Source of the DNA: Candidatus Latescibacterota bacterium
GTDB lineage: Bacteria > Latescibacterota > UBA2968 > GCA-2709665
NCBI GenBank assembly: GCA_965237675.1
Contig: OZ250150.1
Span: 704,001-768,000, forward strand
Direction: 5' to 3'
DNA: 64,000 bases
Position numbers and translations under genes: made by a program. Positions 20,763 through 30,826 of this stretch are shown piece after piece; the first letter of the stretch is position 1; the number at the start of each line of letters is the position of its first letter. Below the pieces are notes generated by a model that was given only the letters and a program-made list of their open reading frames with translations, did no database searches and was not told the origin of the DNA.

Positions 20763-21764
20763 CTACTTCCACTTGAACACTACACCCAGCGCGGCGCTCG
20801 GATCGTCGGCGAGCATCGTGTAGATTTCCTGGCACTGCTCCGGTTCAGCCACGTGGGTGATGAGGTCTTCAACGAGCAATCTTCCCTCGCCCATCAGGCG
20901 CATCACCAGCCGGCGGTCCCGATCCTTTGCCCATCGGTAGTAAATGTGGTCGGCCTCCGGTGTTTTGGGCTGGTGGGCGCCCAGGATGCTGACTTCGCGC
21001 AAATGCACATCGGCCAGGAAATCCATGTCGACGGAACCGCGCGGAGAACCCAGCGCGACCACACGGCCGGCCGTGCACGCAAGACGGACAGCGGTGGGAT
21101 ATACCGCGGGTTTGCCGGTGGCTTCAATGACGACGTTGGCGCCGTCTTCCACGCAATGGCGGCCGACCGCGTCCCGGATGTCGTCCACCGCGCCGGGGTT
21201 GAAGCAAAGGTCGATGCCGCGGCTTTGCGCCTTGTCCAGACGAAAGTCGTCTAGATCGATGGCGATTACCGGCAGGGCACCGGAGAGCCGCGCGAGCGTC
21301 GCCGCGAGTTGACCGACTATCCCCAGGCCGATGACGACCACAACCTCGCCCAATTCGATGCGCGCCACCCGAATTCCGTGGATGGCAATAGCGCCCATGA
21401 CCATAAACGCGGCGGCTTTGCCCGACACGGAATCCGGGACCTTCTGGTGGAAGGACCTGTCGCCGCGGAGGACGGTATGGCTGGCGTGGTTTCCCTGTCC
21501 GGCGACGCGGTCGCCGGGCCGGACACCCTCCACTTCCTTGCCGACCTCCAGGACGGTGCCGACGTTGCAATAGCCGGTCGTGCGGGGAAAACGCACCTTG
21601 TTTCCGGGTTCGCCGCCGTGGGTCCAGCCGTGGATCTCGGTGCCGACGCTGACGGCGGTGTACTGGTTTTCGATCAGGATGCCGTTTTCCGGCAAAGGAC
21701 CGGTTTCGAACGACGCCACCTCCATGTGGCGAATGCCGGGACTGACGAGACGCCTCGCTTGCAT
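20763..21764 (-). CDS. MDR-family (zinc-binding alcohol dehydrogenase-like) oxidoreductase
   Basis: AVSVGTE, GYCNVGTV, HASH, GLGIVGQ, VIEATG; lacks the structural-Zn lobe. Confidence 0.87.
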   Translation of the reverse strand: MQARRLVSPGIRHMEVASFETGPLPENGILIENQYTAVSVGTEIHGWTHGGEPGNKVRFPRTTGYCNVGTVLEVGKEVEGVRPGDRVAGQGNHASHTVLRGDRSFHQKVPDSVSGKAAAFMVMGAIAIHGIRVARIELGEVVVVIGLGIVGQLAATLARLSGALPVIAIDLDDFRLDKAQSRGIDLCFNPGAVDDIRDAVGRHCVEDGANVVIEATGKPAVYPTAVRLACTAGRVVALGSPRGSVDMDFLADVHLREVSILGAHQPKTPEADHIYYRWAKDRDRRLVMRLMGEGRLLVEDLITHVAEPEQCQEIYTMLADDPSAALGVVFKWK

Positions 21765-21848
21765 CGGGAAGTCCTTTCGGGTTGCCTGACGGCGGATATG
21801 AGCGAGTGATCGTTTCGGACGCGAACACCCACCAGACGCCGCGTGTGG

Positions 21849-22889
21849 TTATTGCGCCTGCCTGCGGTCCAGGGTCTGTCGGAAGAGCCCGAGAAAGTTG
21901 CCACCCCAGACTTTCCGGATTTCGTCTTCGGAAAGGCCGCGAGCGAGCATGGCGCTGGTGAGGTGAACAAGCTTTGAGACGTCTCCGACAACAGGGGTAA
22001 GCGAACCCATGCCGTCGTAGTCCGAGCCGATGGCAACGTGGTCGATACCGACGAGGTCCGCCACGTAACAAATATGGTCGACCAGGCGGTCGACGGATGG
22101 GTTCCCGGGATCGATGAAACCCGGCACGAAGGCGATGCCCATCACGCCGCCGGCGCCGGCCAGGGCCTTGAGTTGATCGTCAGTGAGACAGCGCCAGTGG
22201 TTGCAGACCGAAAAGACCGCGGTATGGGTCATCGTCACCGGCAGCGAAGATCGTTCAAGAACCTCGTAGAAGGCCCTGTCATTGATGTGTGCAAGGTCCG
22301 TGATGATGCCCAGCCGGTTGCTTTCCTCAAGCACGGCTTTGCCGAATTCCGTAAGGCCGCTGGCGCTCCTGCGTTCACGCTCACGATCGTCGGGCGTGCA
22401 CGGCCCGAATGGACTCTTGCTGCCCTGAAGATAGGCCGCGTCTTCGCCGCCTTCGCCGTGGGTAATTCCGATGCAGCGCACACCCAGGCGGTAGTAGAGC
22501 CGAAGAATATCCATCTCGGCTTCCAGCCATCGTCCTGCGCCTTCGATCGTGAGCAGGATACCTATTTTATCGGATTCCCGTGCCCGTCCCACATCCGCCG
22601 ATGACAGCACCAGCATCAGGTCGGCGGGATACCGTTCCACGGAAGCCAGGGTCTGTTCAAGGGTTACACGGACGTTTGCCGTGGGACCGTTGCCGACCAC
22701 GAAAAAGCCGGCGTTGAATCCGCCTTCCCTCATTCGGGGAATGTCGATATGATACGCATGGTCCGATTTTTTCAGGTCCATCGGGCGCTCGCCGCGGTGC
22801 ACATGCTCCACGGGCGTGTCGTTGTGGCCGTCGACGATAAGGCAGCGATCGTGGACTGCCTGCGCTTCTTCAAGGGTGACGTCCGGCAT
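21849..22889 (-). CDS. Membrane dipeptidase family (peptidase M19)
   Basis: DGHNDT, LTIEG, GLTEFGK, DLAH, THT, GSDYDG, KVWGGN. Confidence 0.92.
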   Translation of the reverse strand: MPDVTLEEAQAVHDRCLIVDGHNDTPVEHVHRGERPMDLKKSDHAYHIDIPRMREGGFNAGFFVVGNGPTANVRVTLEQTLASVERYPADLMLVLSSADVGRARESDKIGILLTIEGAGRWLEAEMDILRLYYRLGVRCIGITHGEGGEDAAYLQGSKSPFGPCTPDDRERERRSASGLTEFGKAVLEESNRLGIITDLAHINDRAFYEVLERSSLPVTMTHTAVFSVCNHWRCLTDDQLKALAGAGGVMGIAFVPGFIDPGNPSVDRLVDHICYVADLVGIDHVAIGSDYDGMGSLTPVVGDVSKLVHLTSAMLARGLSEDEIRKVWGGNFLGLFRQTLDRRQAQ

Positions 22890-22958
22890 GGGAATTGTCC
22901 TCTGGTGGGGGATGAGTGTGTGCCAGTGTGGGACGGAACGATGCCCGTTCGGGCCGGG

Positions 22959-24281
22959 CTACGGCGGGTCGATGGGTACTTTCTGATTCTTGCGAACCAG
23001 CGGGTCGTACGTGAATCCGCTGGAGCGTTTCTCGAACTCGGCCCGCACTTTTTTCATGTACTCCGGGCTCCGGCAGAGGTCAACCGCGGTTCCGGCGAAA
23101 ACTTTGGCGGTCTGCTGGAGCGCTCGCCCGGCGAAAGGCAGGGCGGCCTGCGCGGCCATGTCCCGGTGATGGACAGGGGTGCCCTTCGCATAGCATACCA
23201 TCTGGAATCGACCCAGGGGCGCCAGCCAGGAGACGTTGTCTTCGTCGGTGGAGCCCCGACCCTGGGAGCCGTTGCCCTTTGTGATTTTCGTATTAAAATC
23301 CTTTTTATAACCCAGGGTTTCCGCGCGTGTTCTGTCGGCTTCCGTCGGTTCTGGCGGCCCGAAGAGTTTCAGGTTTTTTCGGACGATCTCACACATCGCC
23401 TTGTTCCGCAGACGCGGGTAAACGGCAGTGATGCGCGACCATTTCATCCGCGTGTCGGTCGCCTTCGCGGCGCCCTGGGCGCAGGCGGTGAGGCGTTCAC
23501 GCACATGGTCGACCTGTGCGCGGTTCTTGCCTCGAACGAAGTACCAGATCTTGGCATAGGCGGGCACCACGTTGGGGGCGTCGCCGCCTTGCCGGATGAC
23601 GGAATGGATCCTGACATTTTCGGGCACGTGTTCCCGGAGATAGTTCGCGGCGATGTCCGTGAGCATCACCCCGTCCAGGGCGCTCCGGCCCCGGTGCCCC
23701 CACGCGCCGTGGGCAGTGCGTCCGAAGAATTCGTAAACGACGGAGTCCAGCGATGACCCGCCGAAATCGTTGACGCCGGAAGAACTCCCCGGATGCCAGG
23801 CGAGGCACGCGTCCAGGTCCCGAAACGCGCCATCGCGGGCCATGTAGACTTTCCCCGCCAGGGTCTCCTCGGCTGGACAGCCGTAGTAGATGATTTTTCC
23901 CGATGTGCCAATTGACTTGAGAATCTTTGCAGCGGCGACCGCGCCCGCGGCCGGGGCAACGCCCAGCAGGTTGTGGCCTCAGCCGTGACCCCACTGACCT
24001 TCCTCGGGACCGCAGTTCGGCAGCGCGTCGTATTCGCCGAGCATCCCCAAAGCCGGCCCTCCGTTGCCCCGGGTTGCGCGAAAGGCGGTGGGGATATTCT
24101 TGAACGGAAATTCGACCTCGAAGCCGCGTGAGGCCAGGTAGTCCGCGATGGCTCCGGAGGATTTGACCTCCCGGAAGGGCCGTTCCGCCCATGCATGTAC
24201 CCGCATAGAAAGGTCGCTGGCGCGTTTCGACTCGTCCGCTACGGTGCGATCGATGAGGTCCTTTTTTTCTTTCGAGGTCAT
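22959..24281 (-). CDS. M20 amidohydrolase (AbgB-like) with in-frame TGA at the metal-binding Cys; candidate selenoprotein
   Basis: ORFs 23979-24314 and 22959-23843 share a frame. Read-through gives 440 aa: GEYDALP...GHG-[TGA 23981-23979]-GHNLLG...GCPAEE...GKVYM...WHP...GRTAH...GRSALD...PNVVP...GSTD. Confidence 0.85.
23949..23978 (-). promoter_or_regulatory. Putative bacterial SECIS element
   Basis: mRNA after UGA: GGCCACAACCU-GCUGGGC-GUU-GCCC(C)GGC. The stem starts 11 nt after UGA and its apical loop begins with GU. Folded by eye only. Confidence 0.5.
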
Positions 24282-24388
24282 GACATATCCCTTCTGTAAA
24301 AAACGCCGGTCCACCGTGAATAGAATTGCCGCGTTGGATCGTCAACTGTTCCGGATCGATCTTCACCCCGAGTTTTCGAACGGTACAT

Positions 24389-25477
24389 CTATGCATTAAC
24401 GATGGCATCAACGACCGCGTCGCCCACCTCCGGCGTCGCCGCGGTCCCGCCCAGGTCCGCCGGATGGTTTGCCGGATAAACAAGCGTTCGATCGACGGCG
24501 CGGTCAATTGTCTCCGAGGCGGCGGCGGCTTCCTTATCGTTATGGCGGCTGCCCAGCCAGGACAGCATCATCCCCGCGGAGAGGATCTGGGCTATGGGGT
24601 TGGCGATGCCCTTCCCGGCTATATCGGGCGCGGTACCGTGGGATGGCTGGAACACGCCGTAACGATCGCCTACGTCGGCCGAGGGCGCCATACCCATCCC
24701 GCCGATGGTGGCCGCGGCAAGGTCCGATATGATGTCCCCGAACATGTTTTCGGCAACCACAACGTCGTACCATGAGGGGTTGCGTAACTGGTACACGGTG
24801 AAGGCGTCCACGTAGGCATAATCCCGTTCGATGTCGGGATAGGATTCTGCAATCTCGTCGTAGATCTGCCTGAAAAAGGCCATGCTTTTCAGAATGTTGG
24901 CTTTGTCTACCGAGGTGACGCGGCTTTTCCCGTCAACGGGTGCCCCCTTCCGCTGCTTTGCGATTTCAAAGGCGTACCGTACAATCCGCTCGGTGCCGGC
25001 GCGGGTGATGACCATGTTGTCAACGGCGAGACTGTCGCCAAGAAGAACCCCGGCGCCTCGGGAGGCGTAAAGGCCTTCGGTATTTTCGCGGAGGATGACG
25101 TAGTCGAGCGGCGGATCCCCCGCGAGAAGCGGAGGTACGCCGCGATATTTTTTTATGGGCCGGATCCCGGCGTAGAGGTCCAGTTCGAAACGCAGTGTCA
25201 GCTGAGGTGCGATTTCGGTGCCATCGGAAAATCGGATATCCGGGTCGCCGGCGGAACCGAAAAGGACGGCATCGGCCTGCTTGCAGGCCTCGAGCGTCGG
25301 TTCGGGCAGGTCATTGCCGGTTTCGGAGTAGCACCTGGCGCCGACCGGGTGTTCGGAGAAAGCGAAACGAAGATTCGGATGCGGCTCCTCGAGAGCGAGA
25401 AGGACTTTGAGCGCTTCTGCGACCACTTCCGGGCCGACCCCGTCTCCGGGGAGAACGGCGATGTTGTAGGTTGGCAT
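24389..25477 (-). CDS. Isocitrate/isopropylmalate/tartrate-family beta-decarboxylating dehydrogenase
   Basis: LPGDGVGPEV, RENTEGLY, DKANIL, NMFGDIISD, HGTAPDIAGKGIANP; substrate not assignable. Confidence 0.9.
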   Translation of the reverse strand: MPTYNIAVLPGDGVGPEVVAEALKVLLALEEPHPNLRFAFSEHPVGARCYSETGNDLPEPTLEACKQADAVLFGSAGDPDIRFSDGTEIAPQLTLRFELDLYAGIRPIKKYRGVPPLLAGDPPLDYVILRENTEGLYASRGAGVLLGDSLAVDNMVITRAGTERIVRYAFEIAKQRKGAPVDGKSRVTSVDKANILKSMAFFRQIYDEIAESYPDIERDYAYVDAFTVYQLRNPSWYDVVVAENMFGDIISDLAAATIGGMGMAPSADVGDRYGVFQPSHGTAPDIAGKGIANPIAQILSAGMMLSWLGSRHNDKEAAAASETIDRAVDRTLVYPANHPADLGGTAATPEVGDAVVDAIVNA

Positions 25478-25533
25478 GCACGTCCTTTACAAGGGTTGTT
25501 GAGGTTTGAAAACACCGAAACGCGGGCGTATCG

Positions 25534-26697
25534 TCAGCGGCGGCGAGGGGAACGCTGGCGATCATGGATGCCGACGCGGAATCCGCCCTCGGATCCCACG
25601 CCGCGCTCGAGCATATCCGGTTCGACGTCGAATCCCGCACCGGGCGTTTCGGGTACGATCAGCCTGCCGTCTCGCATCCGCCACCCGTCCAGGACGATGC
25701 CGGGCATATCGGCGGGCGCCGCTTCCAGGAGGCTGAAGTTGGGAATGGAGGCGGCGAAGTGGGCGTGTGCGTAGCGTTCGATGATACTCCCCCAGCAATG
25801 GGGGGCGCACTTCGCGCCCCAGGGTTGGATGCGATCCGCGGTGGCTTTCCACCAGGTCAGACCCTTGAAGCGGAAGTCGTGCTGCACGATATCAATCCAT
25901 CCCTTTTCGACCATATCGAAGAAGTCGGGTGGAGGCGGCCCGGATTCACCGTCGGCCACGAGCGTGTTGCAGCCTCTCTGGACGATCGCCTCCTTAAAGG
26001 CCTGGTTGAACGCCCGATCTTCAGGAAACGGCTCTTCGAACCAATAGACCCCCACATCCCGGCAGCGTTCGAGTATGTCCAAAGCGATATTGAGCGTGGT
26101 TCCGTTGTTGGCGTCAACCAGAATTTTCGCATCCGGTCCCGCGGCTTCGCGAACCGCGTGGATCACCAGCACGTCCCTGTCCGTTCCTTCCCGAACGGGC
26201 ATCCAGCGGGCTCCGCGACCGATTTTGATTTTAAAATTGCTGTACCCATAGTCGTGCCCGGTTCGGACTTCCTCGTGGAAGATTCGGCGCGCTTTATCGT
26301 CGGAAACACCCAGATCGTCGATATAGATGGAACCGTCGTAGAGTTCCACTTCGCGGGAGCCGCGCGCGCCCAGGAGTTGGTAAAGAGGCACCCCTTCACA
26401 TCTGGCGGCCAGATCCCACAGAGGCAGATCAATGGCTGCGCCGGCCCCGTTCGACCCCAGGGGAAGTTCGAAGAGGTCCGAGGGACGTTTACCAAGCAGC
26501 GCTTCGGCGTGGCCTCGGTCGAGGGGCGACCAGCCGATACCCTCCGCGCCGCCCCCGGTGCAGATGCGCACGACCGGGTCCGTAACGGCCTGGCCATGTG
26601 CGCCGAGGCGGGCGTTAGAACCGATGGTACGCGGACGTCTTCCGCGGATGAGAACCTTTTCGATCTTGACGATGGGATCGGAGTAAATGCTGGGCAT
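25534..26697 (-). CDS. Mandelate racemase/muconate lactonizing enzyme family (enolase superfamily)
   Basis: DLPLWDL...GVPLYQLLG, KIKIG, DANNG, WFEEPF, ADGE, PHCWG, VPETPGAG. Confidence 0.88.
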   Translation of the reverse strand: MPSIYSDPIVKIEKVLIRGRRPRTIGSNARLGAHGQAVTDPVVRICTGGGAEGIGWSPLDRGHAEALLGKRPSDLFELPLGSNGAGAAIDLPLWDLAARCEGVPLYQLLGARGSREVELYDGSIYIDDLGVSDDKARRIFHEEVRTGHDYGYSNFKIKIGRGARWMPVREGTDRDVLVIHAVREAAGPDAKILVDANNGTTLNIALDILERCRDVGVYWFEEPFPEDRAFNQAFKEAIVQRGCNTLVADGESGPPPPDFFDMVEKGWIDIVQHDFRFKGLTWWKATADRIQPWGAKCAPHCWGSIIERYAHAHFAASIPNFSLLEAAPADMPGIVLDGWRMRDGRLIVPETPGAGFDVEPDMLERGVGSEGGFRVGIHDRQRSPRRR

Positions 26698-27083
26698 AAA
26701 GGGTATCCGGAACCCGGGTTGGATGTACGGTCAGGTAAAGTAAGCCAAAAAACGACAGTTGGAAATTAAAAAAGGCCGTGTGGCGCGGCGTCCGGTTTTT
26801 ACCCGGAGAAATAGGTCTTGACGCGCGCTACAAGATGTAGTATTTTTTAGGCACCGCAACGGTTTCTTCCCCAATTTGTTGCGTCTTCCATATCTCCCCT
26901 GCCTTCCCCCTTTCATATTGTACTCGCTAATCCGGGCCAATAGCGAACGTCCGCAAAAGTCCGCGTGACGACACGGCGGATCGGACAGTCTGCCGTTCCT
27001 TCGCTATCGGTGTGCCGTTTTCGATTCGTCCCTCGCATCTGTATTGACACGCCGGATGTTCGTGTTCTTCAGGAGGCGGTGCT

Positions 27084-30000
27084 TTGCATCTTTCCCGACT
27101 GACGGCTTTGGGCTTCAAATCCTTCGTGCAACAGCTGGATCTTTCGCTTCAGAAGGGCATTACATGCGTTGTGGGCCCCAACGGCTGTGGCAAATCCAAC
27201 GTGGTGGATGCGCTGCGCTGGGCGCTGGGCGAGCAGCGGGTTCGGTCGTTGCGCAGCAACAATATGGAGGACGTGATTTTTTCAGGTACCCGGAACCGGA
27301 AACCGCTCGGTATGGCCGAGGTGTCGATCACCATTGCCAATGAAGACCGGATTCTGCCGGTCGACTATACCGAAGTGACCGTTACCCGCCGTCTGTTTCG
27401 ATCCGGAGACAGCGACTATTTGTTGAATAGGGTACCGTGCCGGTTGAAGGATATTCAGAATCTGCTGATGGATACGGGCCTGGGCGCGCACGCTTATTCC
27501 GTCATTGAGCAGGGGATGATGGATGAAATCATCAGCGACAAACCCGAGGAAAGGCGGCGGCTGTTCGAGGAGGCCGCCGGGGTAACCCGATATAAGGTAC
27601 AGCGGAGGGCGGCCTGGAACCGCCTGGAGTCTGTCCAGCAGGACTTGAAGACCGTGGACGCTGTAATGGCGGAAGTCGAGCGCCAGGTGAACGCTCTTGC
27701 ACGGCAGGAGCGGAAGGCGCGGCTCTACAGACAGCTTTCAGACCAGATGAAGGACCTCGACCTCCGGCTCGGTCGATACCGGTTCTTTCAGATGTCCGAA
27801 CGATCCCGGCCGGTTGCGGATGAAATGGCCTTTCTCAAAGAGGACGTGGAGGTTGCCTCCGGAGATATCGCCCGCGCGGAGGCGCGCCTGGAGGAACTTC
27901 GAACGGAACTGGCCGAACGGGATCAAGCCCTTGTGGAAGCAAATGTGGAAGTGAGCAGGCAGAATGACCTCGTACATCGGAGGCAAACGGATATCGCGGT
28001 AGCGCGGGAGAAAATCCGATCGATCGATGCCTTCCTCGAACAGGCGGACCGGCGACAAAAGGACATGGCCGCACGGCAGGACACGGTACGGAGGGAAGGG
28101 GCGGCCGCCGCGCGGCGCGGATCGTTGGCGCAGGCGGCATTGCAGCGCGCGGAAAACGCATTGGAGACGGAGCGCGGCGCGCTGGAAGGGACGAACCAGG
28201 CGCTCGACGCGCGACGAACCCGTGCCGACGAACAAAAGACACAATTGATGAGCGCCCTGGGTGAAATCAATGAAGGGACCGGACGGTTGGAACGCGGACG
28301 GACCAGGCTGGAGGGGATTGCGCAACGCCAGGCCCGCCTTGAAGCCGATGCCAGGCATGTGGTTCTCCGCAAACAGGAGGCCGATGGTTCAGGACGTGAG
28401 GCCGCACGGCAGATACACAGCCTGGAACGGGGGGTGGCCGACCAAGGCAGGCAGCGGGACGCGCACGCGGCGGAGCATCGCCGCCTCCAGGCCGAACTGG
28501 AAGGAATGATGGAAAGGCGCAGCCGCCTGCTGGCCCAACGAGAGGCCGACGGGGCGCGGGTCGGACTTCTGAAAAGACTACGGGAGGGATTCGAAGGCTA
28601 CTCGAGCGGCGTCCGCGCGTTGGCGGTCGATTCTCCCTTTGTGGATCGAGTGCGCGGCGTGGTCGCGGACCGGATTGAGGTGGATGCCCGGTACGCAACC
28701 GCTATTGAAGCGGCCCTTGGACGCGCGCTGGAATGTCTGCTGGTGGACGAACCCGCCGACGCGGTTAAGGCTATGGACTACCTGCGATCGGGCGATCGCG
28801 GATCCGCGGCGTTTCTGCCACTGGATCCCGTTTACAGCGGCAACGGCGCCCGCTGGACGCCGCCGGATGGCGAAGGCGTGGTGGGCAGGGCGTCGGATCT
28901 TTTGGGGGGCGAGGAATCTCCGGTTCATGCACTGCTTCACCGAACGCTGGTGGTGGTCAACGCGGAAAACGCGCTTGCGCTGCTGGAAGATATGCGGTCT
29001 GAGGGTGTGGATCTGGTTACCGAGAAGGGCGAACTGTTCTCGGCCGACGGCACGATATACGGCGGGAAGACGACGGATGGCGGCGCGGGCCTGATCGGGC
29101 GCAGACAGGAGATCGAAACGCTGGAAGCAAATCTGAGTGCTGGGCGCGCCGAATTGGAATCGTTGGATTCGGCACTCGAGAACGCCACCACATCGCTGGC
29201 CGAATTGCAGACTTGCATCGACGAAACGGACAGCAATCTGGCAAGTTTGAGCAATCGTCTGGCCGCGCACCGGCGGGAACTTCAGATCGCACAGTCCGAA
29301 GAACAACGGCAGGTGGGGGCCGAGGTTGAAATTCGGGATGAAATCGCGGCGCTGATGAAAGTTGAAACCGATTTGAGGGAAGCCATCGCTTCCGAGGCAG
29401 CACAGTTGAACGTACTGGATGAACGGCGCGCGCAACTGGAAGCCGCAACCCGCGAGGTGGACATGGCGCTGCGGGAACGGGAACAGCAGCGGCGGGCGGA
29501 GCAGGACGCGGTCTCCAAACGGCAGGTGGAGATCGCTTCATTGAAAGCCGGCGTGGACCGGCAAAGAGACGAGAAGCAGAGATGCGACCGGGACCATGCT
29601 GAAATAGACCGGGAACTGAAACGACTGGTCACCGAGTGCGAGGAACAGCAAAAAGAAAAGAACGACCTGGAGAACGCCGCTCAGGTTGCCGCGGAGGAAC
29701 TGGAGAAATTGCATCGAAAGCGGGACGAACTGGAGGTCAAACGGGACAGGCAGGCGGAACGCCAACAGGCTCTGTCGACAGATACCCGGAAGTTGGAAGC
29801 GGAAGTACGGGAAAAGAACCGGCGCGTAAATCAGAACCGTGATCGATTGGGTCAGCTGCAAGTCGAGATGGCGGAGTTAAAAACGGGAGCGGAGGCGTTA
29901 CGGGCGCGAATTCTGGACGAATACGAGGTGGATGTCAGAGAGGCTGGCGCATTGGACGATCCTGAGTTCATTGAAGACGTGACCGAAAAGCGTGCGAGTG

Positions 30001-30680
30001 AGATTCGCGACCGGCTCCGGCGTATGGGTTCAGTAAATCTGGCCGCCGTGGAAGAGTATGAGGAGCAGAAACGCCACCATGAGTTTATGTCCAAACACAG
30101 GAGCGATTTGCTGGAGGCGGCAGAAACCCTCAAGCGGACCATATCCCGGATCGACCGGACGGCCCGCGGCCGTTTTATGGTGACGTTCGATCAGATCAAA
30201 GAGAATTTCCGGAAGACGTTCGAGGCGTTTTTTGAAGGCGGCCAGGCGGATCTCCTGATGCCAGCCGATCAAGACCCGCTGGAGGCGCCGCTGGAGATTA
30301 TCGCACGGCCGCGGGGCAAACAGCTGCGGCATATCAACCTGCTTTCCGGGGGAGAACGGGCGCTGACCGCGATTGCACTGCTATTCGCGATTTACCTCGT
30401 CAAGCCGAGCCCGTTCTGCATTCTGGACGAGGTCGATGCCCCTCTGGACGATGCCAACGTCGCCCGTTTCGTGCGGGTGCTCAAACGGTTTGCGGCTGAC
30501 ACCCAGTTTATCGTGGTTACCCACAACAAGGTCACGATGGCTGCGGCGGACTGCCTGCACGGTATTACAATGGAAGAGCCGGGGGTGTCCAGGCTGGTAT
30601 CGGTCAGGCTGGATCACGAAGCACACGGCGGTAACGGACAGGCGGAGGCGATGGCGGAAACCACAGCCGCGGACGATTGA
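27084..30680 (+). CDS. smc: Chromosome segregation protein SMC
   Basis: AGGAGG RBS then TTG; GFKSF, Walker A GPNGCGKSN, long coiled coils with hinge, LSGGE signature, Walker B ILDEVDAPLD. Confidence 0.97.
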   Translation: MHLSRLTALGFKSFVQQLDLSLQKGITCVVGPNGCGKSNVVDALRWALGEQRVRSLRSNNMEDVIFSGTRNRKPLGMAEVSITIANEDRILPVDYTEVTVTRRLFRSGDSDYLLNRVPCRLKDIQNLLMDTGLGAHAYSVIEQGMMDEIISDKPEERRRLFEEAAGVTRYKVQRRAAWNRLESVQQDLKTVDAVMAEVERQVNALARQERKARLYRQLSDQMKDLDLRLGRYRFFQMSERSRPVADEMAFLKEDVEVASGDIARAEARLEELRTELAERDQALVEANVEVSRQNDLVHRRQTDIAVAREKIRSIDAFLEQADRRQKDMAARQDTVRREGAAAARRGSLAQAALQRAENALETERGALEGTNQALDARRTRADEQKTQLMSALGEINEGTGRLERGRTRLEGIAQRQARLEADARHVVLRKQEADGSGREAARQIHSLERGVADQGRQRDAHAAEHRRLQAELEGMMERRSRLLAQREADGARVGLLKRLREGFEGYSSGVRALAVDSPFVDRVRGVVADRIEVDARYATAIEAALGRALECLLVDEPADAVKAMDYLRSGDRGSAAFLPLDPVYSGNGARWTPPDGEGVVGRASDLLGGEESPVHALLHRTLVVVNAENALALLEDMRSEGVDLVTEKGELFSADGTIYGGKTTDGGAGLIGRRQEIETLEANLSAGRAELESLDSALENATTSLAELQTCIDETDSNLASLSNRLAAHRRELQIAQSEEQRQVGAEVEIRDEIAALMKVETDLREAIASEAAQLNVLDERRAQLEAATREVDMALREREQQRRAEQDAVSKRQVEIASLKAGVDRQRDEKQRCDRDHAEIDRELKRLVTECEEQQKEKNDLENAAQVAAEELEKLHRKRDELEVKRDRQAERQQALSTDTRKLEAEVREKNRRVNQNRDRLGQLQVEMAELKTGAEALRARILDEYEVDVREAGALDDPEFIEDVTEKRASEIRDRLRRMGSVNLAAVEEYEEQKRHHEFMSKHRSDLLEAAETLKRTISRIDRTARGRFMVTFDQIKENFRKTFEAFFEGGQADLLMPADQDPLEAPLEIIARPRGKQLRHINLLSGGERALTAIALLFAIYLVKPSPFCILDEVDAPLDDANVARFVRVLKRFAADTQFIVVTHNKVTMAAADCLHGITMEEPGVSRLVSVRLDHEAHGGNGQAEAMAETTAADD

Positions 30681-30727
30681 ATCCGGAGAGCGTAAAACGG
30701 CCCACCGCCCCGGGCGGCGTGTCAATT

Positions 30728-30752
30728 GTAGGGGCAACCCTTGTGGTTGCCC
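30728..30752. repeat. GTAG-type REP palindrome
   Basis: gtag-gggcaacc-cttgt-ggttgccc. Confidence 0.75.
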
Positions 30753-30826
30753 GGCGTCATCGCAATGCGATGACTCGCCGCGGGTTGGTCGAAAGACAGT
30801 CCATTGACTCTCATGGTTAAACATCC

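Noticed and set aside
24389-25477. Assigning the symbol leuB
   Set aside because: No leu operon context is present, and family members act on several substrates.
26760-27083. Possible riboswitch or ncRNA upstream of smc
   Set aside because: It contains promoter-like TTGACG and some hairpins, but no aptamer consensus that I can recognise.
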